DNA of 46,875 bases, from the IMG/VR virus record IMGVR_UViG_3300033068_001916, one strand, 5' to 3'. The translations under genes and the position numbers were made by a program. Under the pieces are notes generated by a model. It did not search any database and was not told where the DNA came from. It saw only the letters and a program-made list of their open reading frames with translations. How positions within the stretch are numbered: position 1 is the stretch's first letter; every line of letters begins with the position of its first letter. Below, piece by piece: positions 35,603 through 44,926 of this stretch. The stretch comes from a virus (Duplodnaviria; Heunggongvirae; Uroviricota; Caudoviricetes).

Positions 35603-35967
35603 CTGAAGAAATAGTAAAATACGAAACAGCTAAATTAGCTAAAGAAAAGGGATTTAAAATATTGGTAGATGATGCTTATTTCATGGCAAACGATAATGGT
35701 GAAATAACATTGGGATGTTCTAATTATGATGAACCTATATATGGTGAAATTAAGGCACCAACGCAATCTTTGTTACAAAGATGGCTTAGGGAAGTTCATA
35801 ATATTGAGGTTGAGGTGAATAGAATTAGGTATTCAAATAGTAGGGAATATGTATTTGATATTAGAAATAACAATGTTCAATTGAAGTCTTCATTAAAAAA
35901 TACATATGGATCTTATGAAGAATCTTTAGAATATGGATTATTCGAGGCACTAAAATTAATGGAATAA
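35599..35967 (+). CDS. Paralog-family protein 4
   Basis: YETAKLAKEKGF...APTQSLLQRWLREVHNI. Confidence 0.75.
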   Translation: MTEEIVKYETAKLAKEKGFKILVDDAYFMANDNGEITLGCSNYDEPIYGEIKAPTQSLLQRWLREVHNIEVEVNRIRYSNSREYVFDIRNNNVQLKSSLKNTYGSYEESLEYGLFEALKLME

Positions 35968-36494
35968 TGAGAGAACAATTAATAACGTTGGAAACAGCTA
36001 AACTAGCTAGACAAAAGGGCTTTAAGGAACATACTGATTTGAGATACGTTGAAGAAAAAGCATTATCAATGCATAACGATCAAACTCTAATAAATTGGAA
36101 AGATTACAGGGCTCAGGAATTTATAGAAGATTGTGAAACCGGCTATCGTGATAAAGCATTGAATTATTTCAAAGAATTATATTATGATAAATTTGAGGAT
36201 CTTGATGAGGGTTATTATCTTCACGCACCAACACAATCCCACCTACAGAAATGGCTAAGAGAAGTTCATAACATAAGCGTCGAGGTAACTAGAGATTCTG
36301 AAGTTCATTATCAGGATGAGACTAGATGGATCGTTAGATCCTCCAATTGGAATAATATCAAAACCAAAACTTTCCCGATTGCGGAACTTAAATTCCCGGA
36401 ATTTGCTAATTTCACAGATTTCAAATCATACGAAGAAGCTTTAGAAAAAGGATTAATGGCGGGATTAAATTTTATAGACAATGAGAAAATTTGA
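35967..36494 (+). CDS. Paralog-family protein 5
   Basis: LETAKLARQKGF...APTQSHLQKWLREVHNI. Confidence 0.75.
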   Translation: MREQLITLETAKLARQKGFKEHTDLRYVEEKALSMHNDQTLINWKDYRAQEFIEDCETGYRDKALNYFKELYYDKFEDLDEGYYLHAPTQSHLQKWLREVHNISVEVTRDSEVHYQDETRWIVRSSNWNNIKTKTFPIAELKFPEFANFTDFKSYEEALEKGLMAGLNFIDNEKI

Positions 36495-36966
36495 AAAATT
36501 AACACAATTTAGACGGTATATCAATAGAGCCTTAAATAGAGGGCTTAAGGAAGTACATATCGGAGATGACGTTTGGCTATTTGGTAGACAAAAATACATA
36601 AAGGGTAAGGGTATGCACATGGTTGTATACGGTCCGGACAGAAAAACCGAATATCACATCTGGGGCGATGATGTAAATGAATTAATCGTAGATGATGATT
36701 ATGGGAATAATGGATACGTCAACAGAGATGGAAACTTGGCATCAGAATCAAGGGTTAAAATATACATACTAACGAATATCCTGGATAATTGTGGGAATTG
36801 GTGTTTTGATCTCAAGATAATCCCTGAGAATGGTCCACTAAAAGTTATCTATTCGAACGGAACTGTTAAGAATATAGAATTCAATGGTAAATTTGAAAAT
36901 GTTCAGCTAAAGAAGGATTGGGGATATAGATACGACGTTTCACCGGTGGCTTACAGAATTAAATAG
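36481..36966 (+). CDS. Hypothetical protein
   Basis: 161 aa ORF. Confidence 0.65.
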   Translation: MRKFEKLTQFRRYINRALNRGLKEVHIGDDVWLFGRQKYIKGKGMHMVVYGPDRKTEYHIWGDDVNELIVDDDYGNNGYVNRDGNLASESRVKIYILTNILDNCGNWCFDLKIIPENGPLKVIYSNGTVKNIEFNGKFENVQLKKDWGYRYDVSPVAYRIK

Positions 36967-36984
36967 GATTTTATTTTTTTATAT

Positions 36985-37005
36985 CGAATTATTTTTTTAT
37001 ATTTG
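36985..37005 (+). promoter_or_regulatory. Bacteroidota-type promoter (CG-N11-TAnnTTTG)
   Basis: TATATTTG 36998-37005. Confidence 0.7.
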
Positions 37006-37023
37006 CATAACAAAAATAAAACC

Positions 37024-37812
37024 ATGCAGGACTTCTATCTAAAAAACGGCGAGAGAGTAAGGCTTATTGAAAAAATAGGTGAGGGTAGATTCCTAGTTGA
37101 ATCATACATGTACTATACCGGCTATGAGGGCGATGAATACGAAGAGCCTTCTGGTATTCAGATAGTAGTTAGCGAAATATTCAAATCAGTTCAACCGATT
37201 TATGATAAATCTATCGAAGAGAATAGACAAAAGCTTTCTGATATGGATAAGGAGATTTCGGAGAAGAGAAGGGAGCTAAATGATATAAAGAACGAGCTTT
37301 CGGTTAATTTGAAGAAAAAAACTGATCTTAATAGACTCGTAATAGACAGAAGCCAATTTCTAACCTGCAAGGAAATGGTTGTGTTCACGAAGGATAGAAT
37401 AATGCCTACGAGGAGAGATGGAAATACAAGAGGATTGAAAATGTCAATCGAGATAAATCTTGTAACTGGTGAGGAAAGAAGATGGTCATATAAAATCTAT
37501 GATGATTACAACTCAAGCGGTGATTATGTAGAATCACATTCTGATATTCTATTTGATCCAACTGAGGAAGAAATAGAAGAAGGAATAAGATCAAGAATAA
37601 AATCTGGAAGATTTACAACAGCACAGATTTTTCAATTGGACGACATGTATCTCACAGAGCAACAGATCGATGAGAAATACACATCAATTCTGGAGAAGCA
37701 GATGATCGAATATAATAAGATCGAGGAAGAAATTAAGAAGGGAAAGGAAAAAATGGATAATCTCAGTCTTAAAATGAGTCAAAATATAAAATGGAAAAAA
37801 CAGGAAGTATGA
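37024..37812 (+). CDS. Hypothetical protein with coiled coils
   Basis: ATG 37024 lies downstream of the promoter. Confidence 0.7.
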   Translation: MQDFYLKNGERVRLIEKIGEGRFLVESYMYYTGYEGDEYEEPSGIQIVVSEIFKSVQPIYDKSIEENRQKLSDMDKEISEKRRELNDIKNELSVNLKKKTDLNRLVIDRSQFLTCKEMVVFTKDRIMPTRRDGNTRGLKMSIEINLVTGEERRWSYKIYDDYNSSGDYVESHSDILFDPTEEEIEEGIRSRIKSGRFTTAQIFQLDDMYLTEQQIDEKYTSILEKQMIEYNKIEEEIKKGKEKMDNLSLKMSQNIKWKKQEV

Positions 37813-38186
37813 TAAGAATAAACAATAGTGATTATGTCGGAAGATCTATCACGATAAATGGAAACAAGATTATTATAGACGGGAAGGATGTAACTTCGGA
37901 TCACAAGGATTCAAAGACGATTACAATCTCGGTAACCGGAAACTTAGAATCACTTGATGTTGATTACTGCGACAAAATTGAAATTACAGGTGATGTTAAT
38001 AAAGCAAGAACCGGAAGCGGCGACATAAACTGTTCAAATATTCATAACGGAGCACAGACTGGATCTGGTGATATTGAATGCGAAGCCATAAGTGGTGACG
38101 TTCAAACAGGCTCAGGAGACGTAAAAGCAACAATCATCACAGGATCAGTTAAAACCGGTTCGGGTGATATTAAATATAAAAAATAA
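37809..38186 (+). CDS. TGSGD-repeat beta-helix protein (DUF4097/adhesin-like)
   Basis: Four (R/Q/K)TGSGD repeats at about 17-aa period. Confidence 0.7.
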   Translation: MIRINNSDYVGRSITINGNKIIIDGKDVTSDHKDSKTITISVTGNLESLDVDYCDKIEITGDVNKARTGSGDINCSNIHNGAQTGSGDIECEAISGDVQTGSGDVKATIITGSVKTGSGDIKYKK

Positions 38187-39055
38187 TGAGTCATTTTACA
38201 GTTATTGTTTTCGGCGAGGACGCTGAGAAACAATTAGCTCCTTTCCAGGAGAACAACATGGGGAATTGTCCGGAGGAATATATGGAATTCCACGATGAAA
38301 CAGATTACGTCAAAAAGGAATGGGAGGACGAAGATCAGGAAACCAGAGATCAGTATAACAATGACTTCGACGCTTATGTCGATGACTATCATGGTTATAA
38401 GAAGGATGAGGAAACAGGAAAGTATGGGTACTGGGAGAATCCAAACAGAAAATGGGATTATTACCAATTAGGAGGTAGATGGAGTGGACACTTCAAACTT
38501 AAACCAGGAGCAAAGGGAAATACAGGAAGACCCGGTTTATTCTCAATTCAACCTGAAGCTGGATATGTTGACTCAGCTAGAAAATGTGACATTGATTTCG
38601 AGTTCATGAGAACCAATGCAGCTAAGGAAGGCGGAGAGAAATATGACGAGGTAATCTCGATAGTTGGCGATTCCATACATGAGATGCACGACTGGACACA
38701 CGTCAGAGAAAATATGTTCCCTGGAGAAATTGAATTGGCCAGAGATTTCTATAACTCTCAAATAGCACCAACCAGATTAAAGGAATGGAATTCCAAAAAT
38801 GAATATAAAAATTCTTTCTTAAGTCTGGAGGATTTCAAAATGTCGAGAGAGGAATATTGTAAAAAATGTAGTGATGCAGCAATATCTTCATTCGCAGTTA
38901 TTAAGGATGGTGTTTGGTACGAGAAAGGTGAAATGGGTTGGTGGGGAATGACAGCTAACGAAAAAGAGCAATCTGATTGGAACAGAGAATTTAATGATCT
39001 ATTAGACAGTCTTCCTGAAGAAACTGTAATATCGCTTTACGATTGTCACATTTAA
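38186..39055 (+). CDS. Hypothetical phage protein
   Basis: MSHFTVIV...NPNRKWDYYQLGGRW...YDCHI. Confidence 0.75.
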   Translation: MSHFTVIVFGEDAEKQLAPFQENNMGNCPEEYMEFHDETDYVKKEWEDEDQETRDQYNNDFDAYVDDYHGYKKDEETGKYGYWENPNRKWDYYQLGGRWSGHFKLKPGAKGNTGRPGLFSIQPEAGYVDSARKCDIDFEFMRTNAAKEGGEKYDEVISIVGDSIHEMHDWTHVRENMFPGEIELARDFYNSQIAPTRLKEWNSKNEYKNSFLSLEDFKMSREEYCKKCSDAAISSFAVIKDGVWYEKGEMGWWGMTANEKEQSDWNREFNDLLDSLPEETVISLYDCHI

Positions 39056-39065
39056 AAATTATAAA

Positions 39066-39338
39066 ATGACGCAAGAAAAAGACTTATTAATTTGTGACTG
39101 TAATAGTACCGATCACATGATGATGGTATTCTATGCAGAAGACGAAATAGAGGATAAAACGTATCCAACTGTTTATATCCATATACATCTAGCTAAAAGG
39201 CCATTTTGGCAGAGGGTTAAATATGGTATCAGCTATATTTTCGGTAGACAATGTAGATATGGGGCATTTGATGAAATGATATTAAATCCTGAAGATGGAC
39301 CAAAATTCGGAAAGATTGAAGAATTTCTAAAAAAATAA
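39066..39338 (+). CDS. Hypothetical protein
   Basis: 90 aa ORF. Confidence 0.6.
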   Translation: MTQEKDLLICDCNSTDHMMMVFYAEDEIEDKTYPTVYIHIHLAKRPFWQRVKYGISYIFGRQCRYGAFDEMILNPEDGPKFGKIEEFLKK

Positions 39339-39339
39339 C

Positions 39340-39486
39340 ATGGAAGACAAGAAGAAAAATCCATTTATATTTCTATTCATCATGGCATTACTTCCTGCTA
39401 TTATGTATTTCATAGCATTTCATTCTGAGAGGGATAAGGTTAAAAAGCTGGAACAGCAAATAGAAACACTAAAAACCAAAAAGTAA
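39340..39486 (+). CDS. Small membrane-anchored protein (48 aa), not in the track
   Basis: MEDKKKNPFIFLFIMALLPAIMYFIAF plus a charged tail. Confidence 0.55.
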   Translation: MEDKKKNPFIFLFIMALLPAIMYFIAFHSERDKVKKLEQQIETLKTKK

Positions 39487-39640
39487 TATGATGACTAGAT
39501 TGTCCCGGCTTTTAGTTGGAATCTTATTGGTAGCAACACTGATTTCACTATAATTCCATCCCTATTGATATGGGTGGTAACGGGTAGACAATATTTAGAT
39601 GAATTAGCACAATGGGTAATAACAGGAGAAGTTCAATATC

Positions 39641-39856
39641 ATGAAGGCAAAGATAACAAAAACTATGGCATTAGCCATTGAAGTAGGAATAGCAGAGCTA
39701 GAAAATAGCGGAATTTGGGAAGATGAATTGACGGGGAAAGAGAGAAAGAAAGTTTATAAAGGTATTGAGGAGCTTGAAGCTCTTCTTATGAAAATTGAAA
39801 CAAAGAAAAAAGATAAAAAAGATGGAAAGAAAACTAGCGACAATCAGGAAGATTAG
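39641..39856 (+). CDS. Hypothetical protein
   Basis: 71 aa ORF. Confidence 0.55.
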   Translation: MKAKITKTMALAIEVGIAELENSGIWEDELTGKERKKVYKGIEELEALLMKIETKKKDKKDGKKTSDNQED

Positions 39857-40958
39857 CGATCTCCAGCCTATCGAGGGAGCGGATCTTATAGAATTGGCAA
39901 TCGTCGATGGATGGAAGGTAGTAGTTGGTAAGGAGGTTGGACACAAGATAGGTGACTTTGTCATCTATTGTGAAGTGGATTCATTCCTTCCAATCAGGGA
40001 AGAATTTGAATTCCTTAGAAAGAGCTCATATAGAAAAATGGTTGATCAGGAGGGATTCCGTCTTAGAACAATAAAACTTAGAGGACAAGTTTCTCAGGGT
40101 CTTATCATTCCACTATCGATTCTTGAGGGTGAGGAAGATGACGAAAAACTTGGATATCTACAAACACCGGAAGGTCCAGTTTATCAATTAGGACCATATG
40201 ATGGTGCTCTAGTTATAGAGGAAGGTGCTGACGTTACAGTAATGCTTAATATCGTTAAATGGGATCCGCCAATTCCTGCTGAATTAGCAGGTGTTGCTAA
40301 GGGGAATTTCCCAAGTTTTATACCTAAGACCGACGAGGAGAGAATCCAAAATCTTGCAAAGAATTTTGAGAAGATGAAGGAACAAAAATATTACGTGACA
40401 GAGAAGCTGGATGGATCATCATCAACATTCTACGTTTATAATGGTGAGTTTGGAGTTTGCTCTAGGAATCTAGATTTGTGCCGTCCCGAGCCATTCGTGG
40501 AAGGTATGGTTATGTGTGAGGATGGGATAGAAAGACCTAAAAAGGAAAATACATTCTGGAAGGTTGCTAAAGAACTTAATATCGAGGAGAATATGCTTGA
40601 TATGGGAGGAAACTTTGCAATTCAAGGTGAAATTATAGGCGAGGGTATACAAGGTAATCCATATAGAATTAAAGGACAAACTCTTAGAGTTTATAATGTT
40701 TTTGATATTGATACACAAGAATACCTGGAACTTGAGGATTTTAAAATGAAAGTCAGAGCTCTTTGTTTGGAGACCGTTCCTATTATTGATGAAAACTTTG
40801 AACTCCCAGAAACAATAGATGAAATTCTAAAGTTCGCAGAAGGAAAATCGACACTAAACCAGACAGCGGAGAGAGAAGGCTACGTTATCAGAAGCTTAGA
40901 TAGAAAAACAAGCTTCAAAGCTATATCTAATAATTTTCTATTAAAGGAGAATGAGTAA
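39822..40958 (+). CDS. RNA ligase, Rnl2/DRB0094-like with N-terminal OB module
   Basis: RKLATIRKI...IEGADLIE, TEKLDGSS, QGEIIG, REGYV, FKAISNNFL. Confidence 0.85.
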   Translation: MERKLATIRKISDLQPIEGADLIELAIVDGWKVVVGKEVGHKIGDFVIYCEVDSFLPIREEFEFLRKSSYRKMVDQEGFRLRTIKLRGQVSQGLIIPLSILEGEEDDEKLGYLQTPEGPVYQLGPYDGALVIEEGADVTVMLNIVKWDPPIPAELAGVAKGNFPSFIPKTDEERIQNLAKNFEKMKEQKYYVTEKLDGSSSTFYVYNGEFGVCSRNLDLCRPEPFVEGMVMCEDGIERPKKENTFWKVAKELNIEENMLDMGGNFAIQGEIIGEGIQGNPYRIKGQTLRVYNVFDIDTQEYLELEDFKMKVRALCLETVPIIDENFELPETIDEILKFAEGKSTLNQTAEREGYVIRSLDRKTSFKAISNNFLLKENE

Positions 40959-41368
40959 TGTGCTCACCTACCAAAATATCATACCCCGAATATCAGGAGA
41001 TGAAGTTAATGATATGGGACGGGAGGAAAGCAATCTTCTCTTGTGATCAATGTGAAAAATGCAATAGCACCAATATATCACAGATCCGATTTAGAGGGGA
41101 TGATAAAGATAAATTTGAGATTTATATGAGTAATTCATATCTTCCAATTACTGGAAAGATTTTAATGAGATGTAAAGATCACAGGATAAATGAGAATTTA
41201 TTGGAGGTTGATACCATATATTATCCCAATACGATAGAGATCCCATATGGGAATGAGGTTAGAAGAATTCAGGGTGTACCCAGGGCGGAGACAGTAATAT
41301 CTCACGATTTCCAAAGGGATAGTATTATATTTGATGAGAACGATTTTGTATGGCTAGAGATGAAGTAA
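40958..41368 (+). CDS. Hypothetical protein
   Basis: 136 aa ORF. Confidence 0.6.
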   Translation: MCSPTKISYPEYQEMKLMIWDGRKAIFSCDQCEKCNSTNISQIRFRGDDKDKFEIYMSNSYLPITGKILMRCKDHRINENLLEVDTIYYPNTIEIPYGNEVRRIQGVPRAETVISHDFQRDSIIFDENDFVWLEMK

Positions 41369-41550
41369 TATCTAGGGATATAATTACACTCAAGGAATAT
41401 GGTAACTATATAGGTTCAACCATGAATGAACAATTAGAAAAAATTGATGAATTGGAGAAAAGAATCTCGGAATTGGAATCGATAATCTTGAGAGCTAGGG
41501 ATATAGATTGGAAAACAGTCAGATATAATTCGAATGAAACTTTTAAATAG
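41350..41550 (+). CDS. Small coiled-coil protein
   Basis: 66 aa ORF; start uncertain. Confidence 0.5.
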   Translation: MARDEVISRDIITLKEYGNYIGSTMNEQLEKIDELEKRISELESIILRARDIDWKTVRYNSNETFK

Positions 41551-41623
41551 CTTCATTGTATAATATAGTATACGGGGAAATCCGAAAACCGTCAATAGAG
41601 TAGGAAAATCAAAATTTGAAAAA

Positions 41624-42151
41624 ATGAAAAAAATTTTATTTATTGCAATTGCTTTAATGGCAATCCAAACGAGCTTTGCTCAAACATTTTCTAAAGGCGA
41701 TACTTTCGTAGAAGGTACCGTTAAATTCGTATCTTCAGACGATACAAAAACATTCGATTTCAATCCAACAGTTGGTCACTTTGTGACAGACAAATTTGCC
41801 CTTGGGGTTTCTCTTAATACACAAAGCACAAAAACTGATGGTGTAACAACGGACTCTTTTGGTTTCGGTGCATTCGCTAGATGTTACTTTTTAAGAATTG
41901 GTGAGCATTTTAATGTACATTCTCAATTAGGATTAAATAGCGATAAAGCAGGTGATATAAAAACTTTAAGTGCTAATTTAGGTTTAGGTGCTAATTATTT
42001 CGTTACTAAAAACTTATCTTTAACTTTATCTGTAGCTGATTTAGCATCATACAAATCTGTTAAGGGTGGTGACAATACAACAACAATTGGATTTAGCGGA
42101 GTAACAAATCCGTTTACTACACCTAGCTTTGGTGTGAATTATAGATTCTAA
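41624..42151 (+). CDS. Outer-membrane beta-barrel protein (OmpA-like membrane domain, Bacteroidota type)
   Basis: Signal peptide MKKILFIAIALMAIQTSFA-Q, alternating beta strands, terminal Phe (GVNYRF). Confidence 0.85.
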   Translation: MKKILFIAIALMAIQTSFAQTFSKGDTFVEGTVKFVSSDDTKTFDFNPTVGHFVTDKFALGVSLNTQSTKTDGVTTDSFGFGAFARCYFLRIGEHFNVHSQLGLNSDKAGDIKTLSANLGLGANYFVTKNLSLTLSVADLASYKSVKGGDNTTTIGFSGVTNPFTTPSFGVNYRF

Positions 42152-42167
42152 TAAAAATATTGCTGAT

Positions 42168-42200
42168 AAAAGGGCCAGTTAATGACTGGTCCTTTTTTTT
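42168..42200 (+). terminator. Intrinsic terminator
   Basis: aaaagggccagt-taatg-actggtcctttttttt. Confidence 0.85.
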
Positions 42201-42232
42201 GTTTGAATATATAGTAAAAGAAAAGTACATAA

Positions 42233-42964
42233 ATGAAATATATCCAATTATTCGAAGATCATTCAAAAATAACACCAACTGAGATAGAGGTATACGAAGC
42301 TGCTGATGAATATTTTAAGAGTATAAATCCAAATATAATGGACCAGGTTGAGTATGATAAATATGGACATTATGCAAAATATAGCAGGGATAGAACAGAT
42401 TTCAATGGGTCTTATCTCAAATTATCTGATATAACTAACAAGGATAAGGATGAGGTTTATAGTGAACTGTTTATATTTCTGAAGAATAAAGGCTACTCGC
42501 CGGATGCATATTGTCCGATTCTTTCAGATAAAGAGAAAAAAGCTCTAGACCTGGTAGACAAAATCAATTTCAGAGAACAATCATATAGGGATGGAGAATA
42601 TGGTAGAGCGATATTGGTCAAATGTAATTCTGGAAAAACTATATGCTTCTATTTTAATCCAGATGTATCCAAAATATGGTGGCCTACGACATTTGCGATA
42701 TTAAGATTTGGTACTGATACCGATTCCATATATTGGACAAAAACTGGATCCGATGACAAGTTAGTAATCGTATTCTGGAATGGTGATGAGATAGTACATG
42801 GGAATTTTGATGTATCATATGAAGGTATCAGGGAGAATCCATACTATACATGGGAGGATTCCGAATGTGTCAAGGCATCAGATTCAAGAAGTTACACAGC
42901 TTCTTTAAAGATACCGGTGGATGATACGGATGTTGAGGATGTTGAATTAATAAGTAGAAATTAA
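42233..42964 (+). CDS. Hypothetical protein with capsid-targeting-like leader
   Basis: MKYIQLFED; GAATATATA at 42205. Confidence 0.7.
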   Translation: MKYIQLFEDHSKITPTEIEVYEAADEYFKSINPNIMDQVEYDKYGHYAKYSRDRTDFNGSYLKLSDITNKDKDEVYSELFIFLKNKGYSPDAYCPILSDKEKKALDLVDKINFREQSYRDGEYGRAILVKCNSGKTICFYFNPDVSKIWWPTTFAILRFGTDTDSIYWTKTGSDDKLVIVFWNGDEIVHGNFDVSYEGIRENPYYTWEDSECVKASDSRSYTASLKIPVDDTDVEDVELISRN

Positions 42965-42970
42965 AATTAA

Positions 42971-43408
42971 ATGAATAAAAAACAAGAAATTAGTGACCTT
43001 GAGGTTGCTAGAAAGATGATAAAAATACATCAAAGCGCTGCCGATAGAAAGTTAAATTTCGATTTAAGCTTGGATACAGTTAGAAAATTATTAACATATA
43101 AAACCTGTTATTATACAAATAGAGAATTTGATGAAGATGGACCATTTTCAAGAAGCTTTGATAGAATAGATTCATCAAAGGGATACGTTGAAGGAAATGT
43201 AGTTTCATGTACTGTTGATATAAACGGGAAAAAAAGTAATCTAACATTTGATGAAATAGCAGCTCTTTATCATAAATTGAAGCCTGCCAATGGAGATGTT
43301 ATAAATACATGTACCGTTGTAAATCAGGAAGCGGAGGTTAAGGTAAAAAAATTAAAGCCTGCCAGAAAGAAAAAAATTAAGATTGATAATGTCGACGAAA
43401 AAGTTTAA
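42971..43408 (+). CDS. His-Me finger/HNH-like protein
   Basis: CYY...SFDRIDSSKGYVEGNVVSC...NGKK. Confidence 0.6.
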   Translation: MNKKQEISDLEVARKMIKIHQSAADRKLNFDLSLDTVRKLLTYKTCYYTNREFDEDGPFSRSFDRIDSSKGYVEGNVVSCTVDINGKKSNLTFDEIAALYHKLKPANGDVINTCTVVNQEAEVKVKKLKPARKKKIKIDNVDEKV

Positions 43409-44219
43409 AGAGTGGGATATTAACGAGGAAATAGATTATACTTCATATAGCGAGCTTGAAAATTTATTATCCGAAATACCTATGATCAAAAGATGGGAAG
43501 AGCATAGAAATAAACAATCATCTTTTGATAACGGTAGGTATACAATTCATATAGTGAAGGGATATAGAAAGAATAATGACCCTAAAAATCTAAAAATAAA
43601 TTTCAATCTACCTAGAACATTCCTAATTAAGTTTAAAGAACTCGAAAAAAATACAGAATGCGACATAACACCAGACGTGGTAAGTGATAAAATAGTAATC
43701 AATCTCTTATATGATGATAAACTAAGAGGTTATACAAATGACAATGACGTCAAGCGTAAATTCTCAGAAAGCGGTAATATGGAAGTTGATGTTTTCTATA
43801 ATACTGCCAATTTAGAGGATCTCAAAAAAATATTCGAGAAAACGATAGAATTAATAATCGAGGATATCAGAGATGCAAATTACATTTTCAATAAGGATAT
43901 AAGGAAATTCCCAAACCTTAAAAGGATAATGGCAGAGCAGGTTGATGAAACCTACCAATCGATTATTGATAATCTGATTCAAGGAAATTTAGATACCATT
44001 GCTGATGATTATAAATTTGATGATGATACCATTCTAGCGATGATAGCAAGAGCTGTTGAGGAAGATCCATCATTGGAGGATTCTGTTAATAATTTTCCGG
44101 AGGGGGCAAGGGATCTTTGGTTTTCCAATATGGGTGGAAAGGATCTGAAGGTAACACCAAGTCTTTACAAACAGATAAAATCTTTAAAAAGAGTTAAAAA
44201 TAGCCTTAAATTCATATAA
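43383..44219 (+). CDS. Hypothetical protein with capsid-targeting-like leader
   Basis: KKFKEWDINE; C-terminus KSLKRVKNSLKFI. Confidence 0.7.
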   Translation: MIMSTKKFKEWDINEEIDYTSYSELENLLSEIPMIKRWEEHRNKQSSFDNGRYTIHIVKGYRKNNDPKNLKINFNLPRTFLIKFKELEKNTECDITPDVVSDKIVINLLYDDKLRGYTNDNDVKRKFSESGNMEVDVFYNTANLEDLKKIFEKTIELIIEDIRDANYIFNKDIRKFPNLKRIMAEQVDETYQSIIDNLIQGNLDTIADDYKFDDDTILAMIARAVEEDPSLEDSVNNFPEGARDLWFSNMGGKDLKVTPSLYKQIKSLKRVKNSLKFI

Positions 44220-44602
44220 TGGGAAATATAAAAAAGTATGAAAATTGGGATGATGAATCCGAGAAAAATCTTGATATACTAAGAGATTATCTAGAGAATA
44301 AAAAATTCAGAGATGCCTTTGATCAGGCCTTTGAAGATAGGATGATGGAAGCGGATATTGTTGCTGAACCTCTTTCTGATACTGAATTTATAGTGGAATG
44401 GTGGCCAAAATCAAACGATGGAGCGGTTCCAAATAAGATAAGTTATTATATTGACGAGATAGCAAAGATACTCGAAAGCTCATTTGGTATAAAAGAAATG
44501 ACCTGGAGATTTGAACCACGAAAAGGAGTTTCGAGAATAATATTTGATATGAACGAACCAGTTAATAGAAAGATGCTCAGGATTAAAAATATGCTGATGT
44601 AG
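44219..44602 (+). CDS. Hypothetical protein with capsid-targeting-like leader
   Basis: MGNIKKYENW; C-terminus RKMLRIKNMLM. Confidence 0.65.
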   Translation: MGNIKKYENWDDESEKNLDILRDYLENKKFRDAFDQAFEDRMMEADIVAEPLSDTEFIVEWWPKSNDGAVPNKISYYIDEIAKILESSFGIKEMTWRFEPRKGVSRIIFDMNEPVNRKMLRIKNMLM

Positions 44603-44620
44603 ATTTTAGAAATTTCATTT

Positions 44621-44657
44621 AAAAATAACCTTAATTTTCATTAAGGTTATTTTTTTT
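44621..44657. terminator. Intrinsic terminator
   Basis: aaaaataaccttaa-ttttca-ttaaggttattttttt. Confidence 0.8.
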
Positions 44658-44660
44658 GTT

Positions 44661-44681
44661 CGAATATTTTTATTACATTTG
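44661..44681 (+). promoter_or_regulatory. Bacteroidota-type promoter (CG-N11-TAnnTTTG)
   Basis: TACATTTG 44674-44681. Confidence 0.7.
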
Positions 44682-44699
44682 CAATATAACAAATCAAAG

Positions 44700-44921
44700 A
44701 TGGATAAGAAATATAAAGAATGGTTGGCTCTAAGAGAAAGCTCGATCAATTCAGAAGGTGAGAAACTTTGTTACTGTGGTCACACAAAAAGATGTGATTG
44801 TGGTGATCCTGATATTGTCACATTTAAAGAATCATTATCCAGGGGTGACATCATTCTAAAGGATCCAAACAATGGATGGCAATCTGTAGATAATAACCTC
44901 GGAAACGTAGTAATAGAATAG
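44700..44921 (+). CDS. Small Cys-containing hypothetical protein
   Basis: ATG 44700; LCYCGHTKRCDCG. Confidence 0.6.
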   Translation: MDKKYKEWLALRESSINSEGEKLCYCGHTKRCDCGDPDIVTFKESLSRGDIILKDPNNGWQSVDNNLGNVVIE

Positions 44922-44926
44922 AAATT

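Noticed and set aside
954-40718. Many short antisense or overlapping track ORFs (e.g. 954..1208, 3113..3367, 15161..15760, 21358..21771, 28333..28611, 29286..29594)
   Set aside because: They are shadows of longer, motif-bearing genes and have no recognisable features.
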